Numbered from the stretch's first letter, positions 9,689 to 20,711 are shown. The stretch: DNA of 39,455 bases from Ministeria vibrans ATCC 50519 (GCA_943704425.1 CALSCP010000969.1:1-39455), one strand, 5' to 3'. A program made the numbers and translations. Notes: generated by a model from the letters alone, not told the origin.

Positions 9689-11837
9689 ATGATACAGAAT
9701 GCTGTCAGCCTTCTACTGTCAAAGGACCGCGTAGTGCTGAGACGGGCCACGCTGGCTCTCGTGCTGGTGGAGGCGATCATTTCGACCGTTATTGTCCAGT
9801 TTGTGCGCTACACCAACATCGACTGGAATGCGTACATGCAAGAGGTGGGGGGCTTCCTATCGGGCGAGCACGACTACACCAAGCTGCAAGGGGACACCGG
9901 GCCGCTCGTGTAAGTCAAAAACAAATGATTTAAACGCCAAGAAAAGACTAACCAAAAACGAGAGAGACACACACACAAGTCCAATTGACGTCCACCGCAC
10001 TCACACAAGCCGCCTCTTGTCGCCTGTCTCCCGCCCTCTCTCTTGCAGATACCCCGCCGGCTTCGTCTATCTATACTCGCTTCTCTTTCATGTGACTGAC
10101 TCCGGTCAAAACGTTCGACTGGCACAGTATCTCTTTGTGGCCTTCTACTGCCTCTGCATTGCGCTTGTGCTCTCTCTATACACCAGAACACGATCCGTAT
10201 GCTAAAAGACACACGCTGTGTCTTGTGAACCGCTAATAATGGTTCTTATTGTGTTAGGTTCCTCTCATTGGCTTTCTCTTTGTGGTCTTTACATCTTATC
10301 GCGTCCACTCCATCTTTGTACTTCGTCTTTTCAACGATCCTCGTAAGCGTAGCAACAACAACCACAACAAACCAGCTTCTCTCCTCCCCCTCCATTTTGT
10401 CTTTGTATTTCTTTGAGTTGCAAAAGTGATTCTTTCATGAACTATTAATTTGTATTTTTTTTTTGCAGTTGCAATGATTTTCCTTTACAGTTCAATCCAT
10501 TGCATTTTGAGTGAGTATTGGGTTCTCGCTTGCGCTCTTTTTAGGTAATATACATAACGCTAATAAATTCATTAATAAGAAAATAAATAGAGAATCGAGA
10601 GCTGTACTCAATGTCAAAACATTGTATTATTATAAATAATAACATTAATTTTTCTTTGCTTTTTTAGTTTTGGCGTTTCGATCAAAATGAACATTTTGCT
10701 TTTTTCACCGGCACTTTTACTCATATTACTGCGCAAATTTGGTCTCCGACGCACTCTTCCACTTTTGGGTGTTTGTGCGTCAATTCAAGTCAGTCAAACA
10801 ACCAAAACCCTTATTTTTTCTCTATAACTTTTCTGTTTTTCTCTCTTGTAGGTTCTTTTGGGACTTCCATTTTTACTGGAAAACCCGTTTGGGTATCTTT
10901 TGCGCTCGTTTGAGCTCAGTCGTCAGTTTATGTACATTTGGTCAGTCAATATGAAATTTCTCTCAGAAGGTACAAAATATTGAAGCAAGCAAAAGGCATT
11001 CAACATTCGTCTTTTTAGAGTTGTTTTTGGACCGTCAACTTCACGTTTGTTTGTTAATTGGGCATCTTTTTGTTCTTTTTCTGTTTGCCTTTTATCGTTG
11101 GAGGTAAGTTATTTGATTTTTTTTGTCGCAGAGTGTGTTTTTTGTTTTTGTTTTTTTATCTGTTGAGTAAGCAAGTCACTAGCCTACCTGTCTTCGCTCT
11201 CTCTCCCCGCTTTTGAAGCTTAGAAAGTGGGTTTGAACTGTTTGCGTTGTCGCTTTTTGTTTGTGACTGATGATGAATTGGAAATGTCTTCTTCTTCTTC
11301 AACTAATATCAATTGATTCTTTGTGTTAGTCCCAATGTTTCGTTGTTTAAAACGGCATTTTCATGGAATCCACTCAAAGAAACCAGACCATTTAGTCAAA
11401 ACGGTAAACATTAAAACAAACAGATGAAAAAGGAAATTACGAAAATGAAACATTAAACATTTTATTATTTTTTGAAATAGAAATTGTGGTTATGCTTTTC
11501 ACAAGCAATCTGGTTGGAATGAGCTTTGCGCGTTCACTTCACTATCAGTTTTACGTTTGGTATTATCACTCTCTTCCCTTTCTCGTATGGAAAACAAATC
11601 TGCATTTGATTGTGAAGTAAGGGAACAAAGCAACATAAAGATTTGTTTCATCTTTTGTGTACGGTGTTTTGTTTGGAATGTGTTAGGTTGGGACTTTTGA
11701 GTGTGATTGAGCTGTGCTGGAATGTGTATCCGGCAAATTCCCTTTCTTCCGCGGCTCTGACTTGTGCTCACCTGACTCTAATTTGTGCGCTGTTTTTCTG
11801 GAGCGACGGTCGGCCGCAGAAAGAGAAGGGTGTTTGA
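9689..11837 (+). CDS. ALG3: Dol-P-Man:Man5GlcNAc2-PP-Dol alpha-1,3-mannosyltransferase, ~10 exons
   Basis: [28 protein letters not shown]|[50 protein letters not shown] and IELCWNVYP are ALG3 motifs. Confidence 0.96.
10573..10621 (-). repeat. Dispersed repeat fragment in an ALG3 intron
   Basis: About 45 nt similar to 4831-4880. Confidence 0.6.
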
Positions 11838-11857
11838 GTGTTTGAAATGGTGTTTTT

Positions 11858-13186
11858 TTATTTCTTTTGTTCTTGTACAGCCCATTTTGGGAAGTTTTTC
11901 GGCACCTTCTCGTGCTCATACAATACCGACATTTCTCTCTCAATAGCACTCTCGCTCTTTCCCTCTCTCAACATTGCATTTCGCACTTGATAACTGTACA
12001 CACACTTCCAGTTCGACACCAGCACAGCGGGAGTGAACTCAGAAGACTTGCATCGGCGCAGGTGAACACGCAGTTTGCCCGCCTCTGGCGCTGATTGCGA
12101 GCAGATGGCACATCGAGTGCGATATACACTCAGCACATGATACTTACTGAAATAATCACCGACACGCCCCTTTGCAAATGACGCATAGTCACACACTTGT
12201 CCCGTTGCCGGTCGCACCATTCGACACTTGCGTCGACCATTGGACAGTCGCTCAAATGACGCATCGAGATCCACCACACCACAACCACTCCCCGCTTCCT
12301 TCTGCGCACGCGATAGCCACTCTGAGAACGACAACGGCACTCGCTCCCCCTCATGCAACAACTGCAGTTCACGCACAATCACAGACTCGCTCGCGTTGCG
12401 CTCCTCCAGCTCACTGCACAAAAGAGTAGAGTACACTCTCAGCCAGTCGCAGCCACGAGTGAATACATCACTGTGCGATTGCATCATGTGTCGCTTTGAT
12501 CTGCTTCGGTCTGATGCCACATCTTCCTTGCACACCACACAGTTGACGCGGAACGCACTCCGAGGATGGAAGTGTGCGAAATGAGCCCCAACACGCTCAG
12601 GTGCAAATCCCTGTCCAGTACACACTCGTCCGTCCACAAGTCGACACCGACACCGCACCTTGCCATTTCCCAGCATCTCAAACACACTCGTGTCCTCCTC
12701 ATCCTCCCTCTCGCCCCATGCCATCGCCAACCAAGTCTCAAATCCCATTGGGACTCGTTCGTGATCGTAACGACCAAACGACTTCGCCACTTCTCCCTCA
12801 ACGTCCTCCTCTTCTCCGTCGCGCTCCAATGCCGCACGTATCTCTCGCAGGTAGACCGTCTTCCATCCTCCGTCCTCCAATGGACCGCGTTCCATAACGG
12901 TGGCTGTGAATGTGTTGCTGTGGCGACAAGCAACGTGTCTTTTGAGGTTGTGCTCACCAACAAACGAATTGCAGACGACACAGACGAGACGGTGCTTGCT
13001 TGTGAGATGCAAGGTACGGAAATGTCGATACACCTCCTCACCCACAAACCCATGCGACCGACAGGGCTCCCCGGCGGCTGTAGCGCATCGACACAAAACC
13101 TTTCCGTTTTTGCCTAACGAGAAACATTGGACGAGATCGGGTCGTGGCGGATCGACGCGGTATCGTTCGTCCTCGTACGACATCAT
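11858..13186 (-). CDS. Intronless orphan protein with three ~135-aa repeats, each carrying two C2H2/BED-like zinc fingers and a helical module
   Basis: 442-aa ORF. Repeated pattern F..L.NG+..C-x9/10-C....F....V..HF...H..S..R..C..C-x12-14-H...(H/C).S..F....W..VY......E+VP..F..W. Confidence 0.8.
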   Translation of the reverse strand: MMSYEDERYRVDPPRPDLVQCFSLGKNGKVLCRCATAAGEPCRSHGFVGEEVYRHFRTLHLTSKHRLVCVVCNSFVGEHNLKRHVACRHSNTFTATVMERGPLEDGGWKTVYLREIRAALERDGEEEDVEGEVAKSFGRYDHERVPMGFETWLAMAWGEREDEEDTSVFEMLGNGKVRCRCRLVDGRVCTGQGFAPERVGAHFAHFHPRSAFRVNCVVCKEDVASDRSRSKRHMMQSHSDVFTRGCDWLRVYSTLLCSELEERNASESVIVRELQLLHEGERVPLSFSEWLSRAQKEAGSGCGVVDLDASFERLSNGRRKCRMVRPATGQVCDYASFAKGRVGDYFSKYHVLSVYRTRCAICSQSAPEAGKLRVHLRRCKSSEFTPAVLVSNWKCVYSYQVRNAMLREGKSESAIEREMSVLYEHEKVPKNFPKWAVQEQKK

Positions 13187-13347
13187 CAGCTACATGTTGG
13201 ACGCGTACGCACGACCGGCCGCCACTGCAACGCGGTCCCACGGTTCGCTCATTCTGAATAATTGTGAGAGATAAGTAATAACTAATTGGAGAATATGATA
13301 CTGTTTATTTATATTGTTACATTACGTGATAATGACAGACCATATTT

Positions 13348-14536
13348 TTAGGTCACACGCCAAAAAAGCACTCGCAAAAGCGGACCAACGGCGCGTCGTC
13401 GACAACACCGCAGCAAAGACAGCAGTAGCACAGCAAGCACACAGCACACACACACAAACCACAGTAACAGCTCTGAGTCATTTTGTGTTTCCATGCGCGA
13501 CCAATCGTGTCCCTGTGCAAATGCCACCACTGCCAACAGTGCTGGTCGTAGCGTCCGTGTCGCATCCACAAGCGCTTCACTTGGCGGATTAAACAGATCA
13601 AAGCACGACGGCGTGACGTCCCCTTGTCCCCACAGCTCCACATTGAGCGCGACAGGAACCGTCTGCGAGCCCACAAAGTAATCAACGCTCGTACCGTCCG
13701 CCGCATACTGCAAGTGCCTCTGGAAGTACCGTGGCAGTGCGTCATCAATGGCGTCCGCGAGCGCCTTGATAGTCCTATGCTCGCGCGGTCGCCCGCGCGC
13801 GTGCTGTCGCACATGTGCCGTGTCAACATAGGGCGGGAAGAGCGCGCGTGTGCCTGAGTGAAGCGAGATGAGCGTGTGCGGCGCGTACAGATCAACCAGC
13901 GAGATGAGGGCCTGCGTTTCGCGTTCCGAGGCGGCGTGGCTGCCGCGGTACAGCTCGTCACTTGGATCCGACGAGCTAGACGCACCGCCAAAGTGCCAGT
14001 CAAAGTTGCGCTCCAAGTCCACACCTCGTCCGTTCCCTCGCCAACAGTAGTTGTTTCGCTCTTCAAGAACACGCCGCCCCTCTTCGTTGAGCAGGGGAAT
14101 CATCACAAGGGAGACGGAGCCAAGCATGCGGCGCGTTGCGTCGGGATTCTCCACGAGATGTTCAATGAGCGACAGAACTGCCTCGGTCGGCAAGAACTCC
14201 CGCGGATGCTACAGAGCGAGTTGGTCATCATCAAGACACTCCACCACCACCACCACCCCATGCGCCTCCTGTCGGTACCTGCCCTGCGACAAAGAGAACG
14301 CGGCCGTCCGCGGAGGATGTGTTGAAGTGCGAGCGCGCACTCGCCTCGACCACCAGCACGCCGTGGCGTCTCTGGCTGCGCACCACACCCGACGAATCGC
14401 GCGCAACTAGACGCCTGACCTTTTCCTCAAGCTGCGCAATGGCCGTGTACACGCTGTAGTCGGGTGTGTAGCGTTCGGGACGCGGGTGAACGTTGACAGC
14501 CAACACAACGTGGAGGAGGAAAACAAGCGCACGCAT
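13348..14536 (-). CDS. M14 zinc carboxypeptidase-like protein with signal peptide and C-terminal membrane anchor; intron 14209-14278
   Basis: Signal-like MRALVFLLHVVLA; AGQ|HPRE (HxxE zinc ligands), IPLLN.EG, WRGNGRGVDLERNF, YRG..AASERET, ISLHSG, catalytic-type VELWG; hydrophobic LLLWFVCVCCVLAVLLLSLL followed by RCCRRR. Confidence 0.88.
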
Positions 14537-14702
14537 CGACACCGCCCAATGTCCATCCAAGCTGTTTCACTATTTCCACACAACTCACCGACTGAAAAGG
14601 TGTCGTAAACAAACAAAGGGGCGGCAAACGCGAAATTAATTTGATAGTTTCAACTTTCATTCTTATTCAACAGTTTCAGTTTCTCTTTCATCTCCCATCA
14701 AT

Positions 14703-16187
14703 ATGCCCAAAGTCAAGATCCCACGAACGCTCTACCGCATCCGCGACAGCTTCAGGAACCGTTCGCTGCATCGGCGGATCCTGACGACGGCCGGCGAAGA
14801 CAGCGTCAAGGCCTGGCAGCAGATCATCGAGAAGAACCCTGCCGAGGTCCGCAACTGCCGCGACCGTGAAGGCAACACCCCTCTTCACATCTGTAAGTCC
14901 GTCTGAGACCCTTTTGTTCCCGACCCCTCTCCCCCCCTCTTTTTTTTTTTTTTTTGTTGTGATTGTTTGCCACTCTCACTGTCTGGCGCAACGCGCGTGG
15001 AAGACGGCACGGGCGCCGGCCCATGGCGTTTAACATTGTGTTGTGTGCCACTTGGCGTTAAAGCCAGCCTGGCATTCGTCTGTGGAGGATGTGTACGGCT
15101 GAAGTGATATTCGACGGTTTGAAGTTCGAAGAAAACTTTTTTTATCGCTATTCTGCAAGAATGTTAACGAATTCCATTGGTATCACTCTACGGTGACACT
15201 CAACATGGTGTTTTAATGTACATGAGATGGACGAATAGTTCAACACGGTCGTCTATTGCTTACACTCACGAATATGTTTTAAACATCGATGACAATTTCT
15301 TCTGTTCTTCTTCTAACCAAAGACTCTCAAACACGTTTCTTTCTGTATTAGGTGTTGATTCAGCCGCGCGTTTTGGCAAGCAGGGCACGTACGTTGAGTG
15401 TGCAAGGCTTCTCTTGCGCAACGGCCTTAGCGCCTCACAGACCAACAACAGCAACCGCACGCCTCTCATGATTGCGACCGAAAGCAATCTTCACGACATG
15501 TCAGCATTGCTTGCCCAATATGAAGTCAGGAAAAAAAGACAACCAGGAAACGATAGTTATTCATTAGTTATTCATTCTCTTGTTAGATGAGCGCTCGCAA
15601 CAAAGAAAACAAGAAGCATCTCGCACTGGGAGTGGGAAGCGGACCGGTGGCGCGCACCACCACAGCCTCACTCAATGCCAAGGCCGACTTTAAGTGCCGC
15701 CTGTACCATTACGACACAGAGAAGAAGGTAAGTGTACACGTCCAGAACAACCAACAATTAACTTGGCTGGTTACAATCTGGATAGGAATACAAAAGTATG
15801 GCACGAGGCACTGCCAAGGTGCAAGTGAAGAGCAGCTGTCTAGTCTTTATCGACGAAGGGAACGAGATTGTGTTCACCGAGTCGATGGATGCGTCCCTCT
15901 CGCCCGACATGTCTCAGGTGGTCTTTGAGCTGGCCCAGGCGACGACCGTCCGAATCACCATCCATTACAAGGTATGTCGGTCTTTTATAATTTGATTCCT
16001 TTATGAATTGAATTGTGTGTGATTCTGCGGGTTGTCGTGTGTATGTGTATTGAAACGCGTTTGAACATAGAACAAACCGGCTGTGGTGTACGCATTGCGG
16101 TGCTCTCATGAGGACAAGGAGCTGGCTGTGATTGAGGCGACGCGACTCTATGCCAATTTGCAGCGATGCAGAAAAGTCAAGAAGTGA
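14703..16187 (+). CDS. Ankyrin-repeat protein with a C-terminal PH-like (RanBD/EVH1-type) region, 5 exons
   Basis: Ankyrin motifs DREGNTPLHIC and ECARLLLRNG...NNSNRTPLMIA. Later exons give FKCRLYHYDTEKK|EYKSMARGTAKVQV, which resembles RanBD/EVH1 strands. GT-AG junctions keep the frame to TGA at 16185-16187. Confidence 0.75.
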
Positions 16188-16585
16188 TCATTTTATGATT
16201 AGTATTTGAGTGTCTCATATGAGAAAGTAAAAACGGGATTGAACATTTTATTATTATTAATCATTCTTATTCATCGAGGAAATCTCTTGGTAATATGCTA
16301 CATATATACTGTGAGCTTGAGAGCCGGAAGAATTTGTCTGACTTGACCTGGACTTGACTCTCCTCTGTGTGTACACATGTGGTACTGTGAATTGAAGCGG
16401 AGCACATTCCATATATTGGAAATACAGTCACGGGCGAGTCACCACAGTCTCATCACATCATATTGACTTGAGTGTCAAACTAAATTGTAATAAATTATTA
16501 CTATTGTGCGTCTCTTTACTTTCTTCTCATGGGTGTATCAGACTATCCGTGGGTCTATGGACTTCTTTTCGGACATTATCGTCTA

Positions 16586-16667
16586 GAAGTCTACGGCGGA
16601 AGTACTGTGCTGCTCTTTGTTTTGTATTGTTTTGAATATTGTCTAAATTTGTCTTGTTTTTGACACT
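16586..16667 (+). promoter_or_regulatory. Upstream element, copy 2 (GAAGTCTACGGCGGAAGTAC-TGTGCTGCTCTTT...TTTTGACACT)
   Basis: 16/16 identity of GAAGTCTACGGCGGAA and 13/13 of TGTGCTGCTCTTT with the copy at 36224-36275; ~135 nt 5' of the RMND5 ATG. Confidence 0.7.
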
Positions 16668-16725
16668 GAACTCTGAATAAATTTTGTTTAACACTATATT
16701 ATATCTCTTTCCTCCCGACCTCGGC

Positions 16726-16953
16726 ATGAGTTCGCACTATGCCGCGGTGCACTCCGAGTACGACCGTCTGGCCAAGCGGCAACGGCTGTGCTCGGAAAGC
16801 ATTCTTGCGTGCATTGACGACGCTGAGCAGCAGGTTGCGGCTGCCCGCGCCGGTACGTGCATTGCTTGTTACCCCCCGCACCTCCTCTTTGCTTCTCTCG
16901 CCTCTCACCTCTCTTTAAATGTCTTTTTGTTCCTTCGTTTTTTGATGGTTGAC

Positions 16954-16984
<31 letters not shown>

Positions 16985-17725
16985 CGTTTTTCCATTGAAA
17001 GTTCGCATTGAATTGAATGTCTTTCCGTGTGCCTTGACGCACCGGCAGCACTGACTCCCCTCCCTCCGCCTTGCGTGTAGCGGCCGGCGAGGGCGATGTC
17101 TCTGCGGCTGTCAGTGCTGCTCATTCGCGCGTCAAGCAAGCAGCGCAGAAGGCCATCAGCGAACACAAGGACCTCCACCAGCCTGTCTCCAAGTTTGGCA
17201 AGGCCATCGAAAAGGTACACTATCTTTTTTTTTTATATCGATTGATTTTTTTTGTTGGTTTGTGACTCGGTGATGTGTTATTTTTACAGACGTTTCCCAA
17301 CGACGTGACGAGCATTGTGGACGAGTCTGCCTTTAAAGGATACGACAAGCAGCTGAACCAAGTGATTGCGGAGCATCTCATGCGGCAAGGTCACTTCTCC
17401 GTTGCGGATGCGTTCATCAAGGTAAAATAGTGCGTATTATGTTACGTTTCTCACACACACATACACACACTGTGCGCGATAGGACACTGGGTTGCAAGTT
17501 CAGGGAGTGCAAACGGGCCCTTTCCTTGAAATGTTTAATATCCTTGATGCTATTCGTCAGCAAGAGCTGCGCTTAGCGCTCGAGTACGGACCAAGAGAGT
17601 GTTGAGAACACAAGTCATGAACTTTTCTTTTCAGATGGGCCGCAACACATCGCGACGCTCTCAACGCAATCCACAGCGAACTCGAATTCAAACTACACGC
17701 ACAAGAATTTATCAGAATTCTCACT

Positions 17726-17771
<46 letters not shown>

Positions 17772-18843
17772 GTTCACGTGCAAGCAAGACAGAGTGCTCT
17801 GCCATGGATACAACCGCCACTACTACTACTACTACTACTACTACGACTACTACTACTCTTACTACTAGTAGTAGTAGTAGTAGTAGTAGTAGTCCTACGA
17901 CTGCCACTGCTACTGTCTTTTCTCCCTCTGAGACTGCTAGTGGTAGTGGTGGTGAAGTCTCTTCGTCGACCAATCGTCGTGATGCACTTGCTTATGCGCA
18001 TGACAACTTTGCGCCTTTTCGAAGATCACACATTCTAGGTTAAAAAAGTTTGAGTCACTCTCTTTGTGAGTCGATTGCGACTGATTGTGATTGTAGAAAT
18101 CTCGCGACTGATGGGAAGTCTGATCTTCAGCGGAGCACTTGGCAGGTCACCGTACGCTGATCTGGTGGGGAGTGTGCGGTGGAGTGAGGTCGAGACACTT
18201 TTTCATCGCGATGCGTGTCGGGTGTTGGGGTTGACGTTGTGCTCGCCCTTGGCTGAGTGGTATGTATTTTTGTATGTGTATGTGTATGTGTATGTATGTG
18301 TGTGAAAGAGGGTTATCTCTTTGTGACTGTCGGTGATGGAGTGTGAGAGTGCGGTTGAACAGTGGTGCCATTTTTCTCTGTGTGTACAGCGATTGCACAT
18401 CTGAAAGTGTCTTAGCGAGTCTGTGCGAAGTTTGTGATTTTTGAGTGTTTGGTTTGTCTGTGTGATATTTACGTGAATGGTTTCTCTCTCTGTATTTTAG
18501 TGTTGACGCTGGCGCACAGGCACTCCCGACACTTCTGAAGATGACGCAAGTGCTGAACCAATCGTCGTCCTCCAATGGCACAAGTAGCAGCACGAGTGTG
18601 TGGACCAGTCGCAGTGAACTGAGTGTGCAAGTGCCGCTCAGTGCCTCTCATGAATACCACTCCGTCTTCTCCTGTCCCGTCACCAAGGAAGTCTCCACTG
18701 CTGACAACCCTCCCATGTTGCTCCCCTGTGGTCATGTCATCTCCAAGGACAGTGTTACGCGTCTCTTGAAGGGCCCTCGCTTTAAATGTCCCTATTGTCC
18801 TGCTGAGCAGACTCTTTCTGCTGTCTCTCAGATCCACTTTTGA
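16726..18843 (+). CDS. RMND5: RMND5/GID2 RING E3 subunit of the CTLH/GID complex, ~7 exons
   Basis: HKDLH..VSKFGKAIEK; LisH LNQVIAEHLMRQGHFSVADAF; CTLH ALE|WA..HR..L....SELEFKLH; CRA DALAYA..NFAPF...H..EI..LMGSL..SPY; C-terminal EYHSVFSCPV.KE....NPPMLLPCGHVISKD...RFKCPYCP. Confidence 0.95.
17726..17893 (+). repeat. Coding triplet repeats (AAC)15, (ACT)n and (AGT)9 encoding poly-N, poly-T and poly-S inside RMND5
   Basis: Directly visible and in frame with the CTLH/CRA exon. Confidence 0.95.
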
Positions 18844-18929
18844 GTTTAACTGTGTAATGAAGAATAATTGTGTTTAAAAGCGGAAAATTACGTGATTGAC
18901 GTCTTCTATTGAATTTTATTTTATCATTG

Positions 18930-19019
18930 GTGTGTGAGTGAGTGTTTGTGTGAGTGAGTGTGAGTGTGAGTGAGTGTGAGTGTGACTGTGTGACTGTGTG
19001 ACTGTGTGACTGTGTGAGT
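18930..19019. repeat. GT-rich microsatellite (gtgagt / tgtgactg units) running into the gap
   Basis: Directly visible tandem units. Confidence 0.85.
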
Positions 19020-19286
19020 NNNNNNNNNNNNNNNNNNNNNNNNNNNNNNNNNNNNNNNNNNNNNNNNNNNNNNNNNNNNNNNNNNNNNNNNNNNNNNNNN
19101 NNNNNNNNNNNNNNNNNNNNNNNNNNNNNNNNNNNNNNNNNNNNNNNNNNNNNNNNNNNNNNNNNNNNNNNNNNNNNNNNNNNNNNNNNNNNNNNNNNNN
19201 NNNNNNNNNNNNNNNNNNNNNNNNNNNNNNNNNNNNNNNNNNNNNNNNNNNNNNNNNNNNNNNNNNNNNNNNNNNNNNNNNNNNNN
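19020..19286. other. Assembly gap (N run)
   Basis: 267 N. Confidence 1.
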
Positions 19287-19289
19287 ATC

Positions 19290-20537
19290 ATGTCTGACCC
19301 CAAAACATCCCTAGAGCTACAAACACTTCTTGACCGATCGAAAGAGTTCCACATTGTCTACGGCGGCTTCCTTGCGAACCACCTTACGCATGTTCTACTT
19401 GCGATCCACCAGCTCGGCGGTAGGCCATTATCCTCCTCCATCCTTCTCATCACCCATTCCTGTAGGCTCTGTAGATAGACTCCGCGAGCTGTTTGACATC
19501 CATGTCAAGCATACAGGGTAAAATTTCAAAAAAACAAGTTGTGTCTTTGGTTTGCATTTTAGTCAACCAGCATTCGCAATTTCACACTGAATAGGTATGG
19601 CGTTCTCAAAGCACTGCCAGCAGCCGAGTTGGAGCTCGACGAGTCCACTTGGCGCGATCTCAAGGGCAAGCGACAAGACTACGCTGCGCTGTTTGCCTTC
19701 TTTCAGCACGAAGTGGGTGAACTTGGCGTGGCGCGTGCCATTGCGGCGTATTTGCCCGAATTCAGCGACAGCATCCCCACAGGGGCCTTCCACTGCCTCA
19801 TCCAGACCGGGTTTGGGGTGTGTGCTGGCAATGCAACTGCCGTCGCGTCAGGTCTAGCGTATTTTGCGTTTGTGTTTGACGACTTAGTGGCAGTTGCAGA
19901 TGACGCTGCTCCTTTCTGTGCTGACGACGCCACGCTGTCTCCTGCACGCGTGTTTGAGAGCGTCCACGCCGACGCAGAACTAGATCATGCCTTTGATGGC
20001 ATGGTGGTGACGGGAAGTACATTTTCGGCGGGAATGAAGTGGCTGCACGAGAAACCCGACGTGTGTGCTCAGCTGAACCGTCACGCAGACCGCTGGAGGC
20101 CCAGCGTCACCGACATTCCACTGCTAGCCAAGACGCTCATTCACCTCTTCTACGCGACCGGCGGCACTGGATTTTTCACACTGCACACACTCACAGCACT
20201 CTTTGCACTGCGACAGTGTCTGCCACTGCTCAGCCCCACTGCGTGTGTCCGCCTCCTCCGCTCCTTCCTACGCAGCGTGTTGTACGCCTATGCGATTCTC
20301 GGTCGTCCCGCCATCTCCTACGATCTTGACTTACCGTCTGACGGCGACTGGTCTGCGCTTGTGTCGCGCGCCATTGACTCCAACGACGAGCACATCCCCA
20401 AAATTATCTTTGTCTCTCGTCTGTTTGCTCAGCTTGACTGCCATGACGATCCACACACCGCAAGCTTATACCACACGTGTGCCCAATTGACTCTTGATCG
20501 CATTTCAACTCCAACCAGTTGGAATTTTGCAATGTAA
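19290..20537 (+). CDS. Questin oxidase-like (DUF4243 / AflY-HypA family) protein, 3 exons
   Basis: GFLANHLTHVLLAIHQLG|G, W....GKRQDYAALFAFFQHEV, GAFHCLIQTGFG, VASGLAYFA, FFTLHTLT.LFA and SNDEHIPK match the family's conserved His motifs. Confidence 0.88.
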
Positions 20538-20671
20538 ACATAATAATATATTTTTTGTTTTATTTTTCTTATTATAATTATTATTTCGTGTGTCGTTTAA
20601 CATTGTTTGCTTATGTATCTCAAATTTTACCTGTATCACGATTTTCAGACTGCAGAGGAGATCTCGAATTT

Positions 20672-20711
20672 GTCTATGGTGGGATTTGTTCGGTGACACT
20701 ACTTTGACACT
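20672..20711 (+). promoter_or_regulatory. Degenerate upstream element, copy 3 (GTCTATGGTGGGA...TTTGACACT)
   Basis: Matches GTCTACGGCGG(G)A with C>T at both CpGs, followed by TTTGACACT; ~110 nt 5' of the ATG at 20786. Confidence 0.35.

Noticed and set aside
13190-13192. Stop-codon reassignment (TAG as sense)
   Set aside because: TAG terminates MRPL23 and CK1 at plausible ends, TAA and TGA end the other genes, and conserved long exons contain no internal stops.
14892-15350. Intronic snoRNAs in the longer introns (ankyrin gene, MRPL23, TPP1, CK1)
   Set aside because: I could not identify paired C/D boxes with terminal stems or H/ACA architecture by eye; a covariance-model search would be needed.
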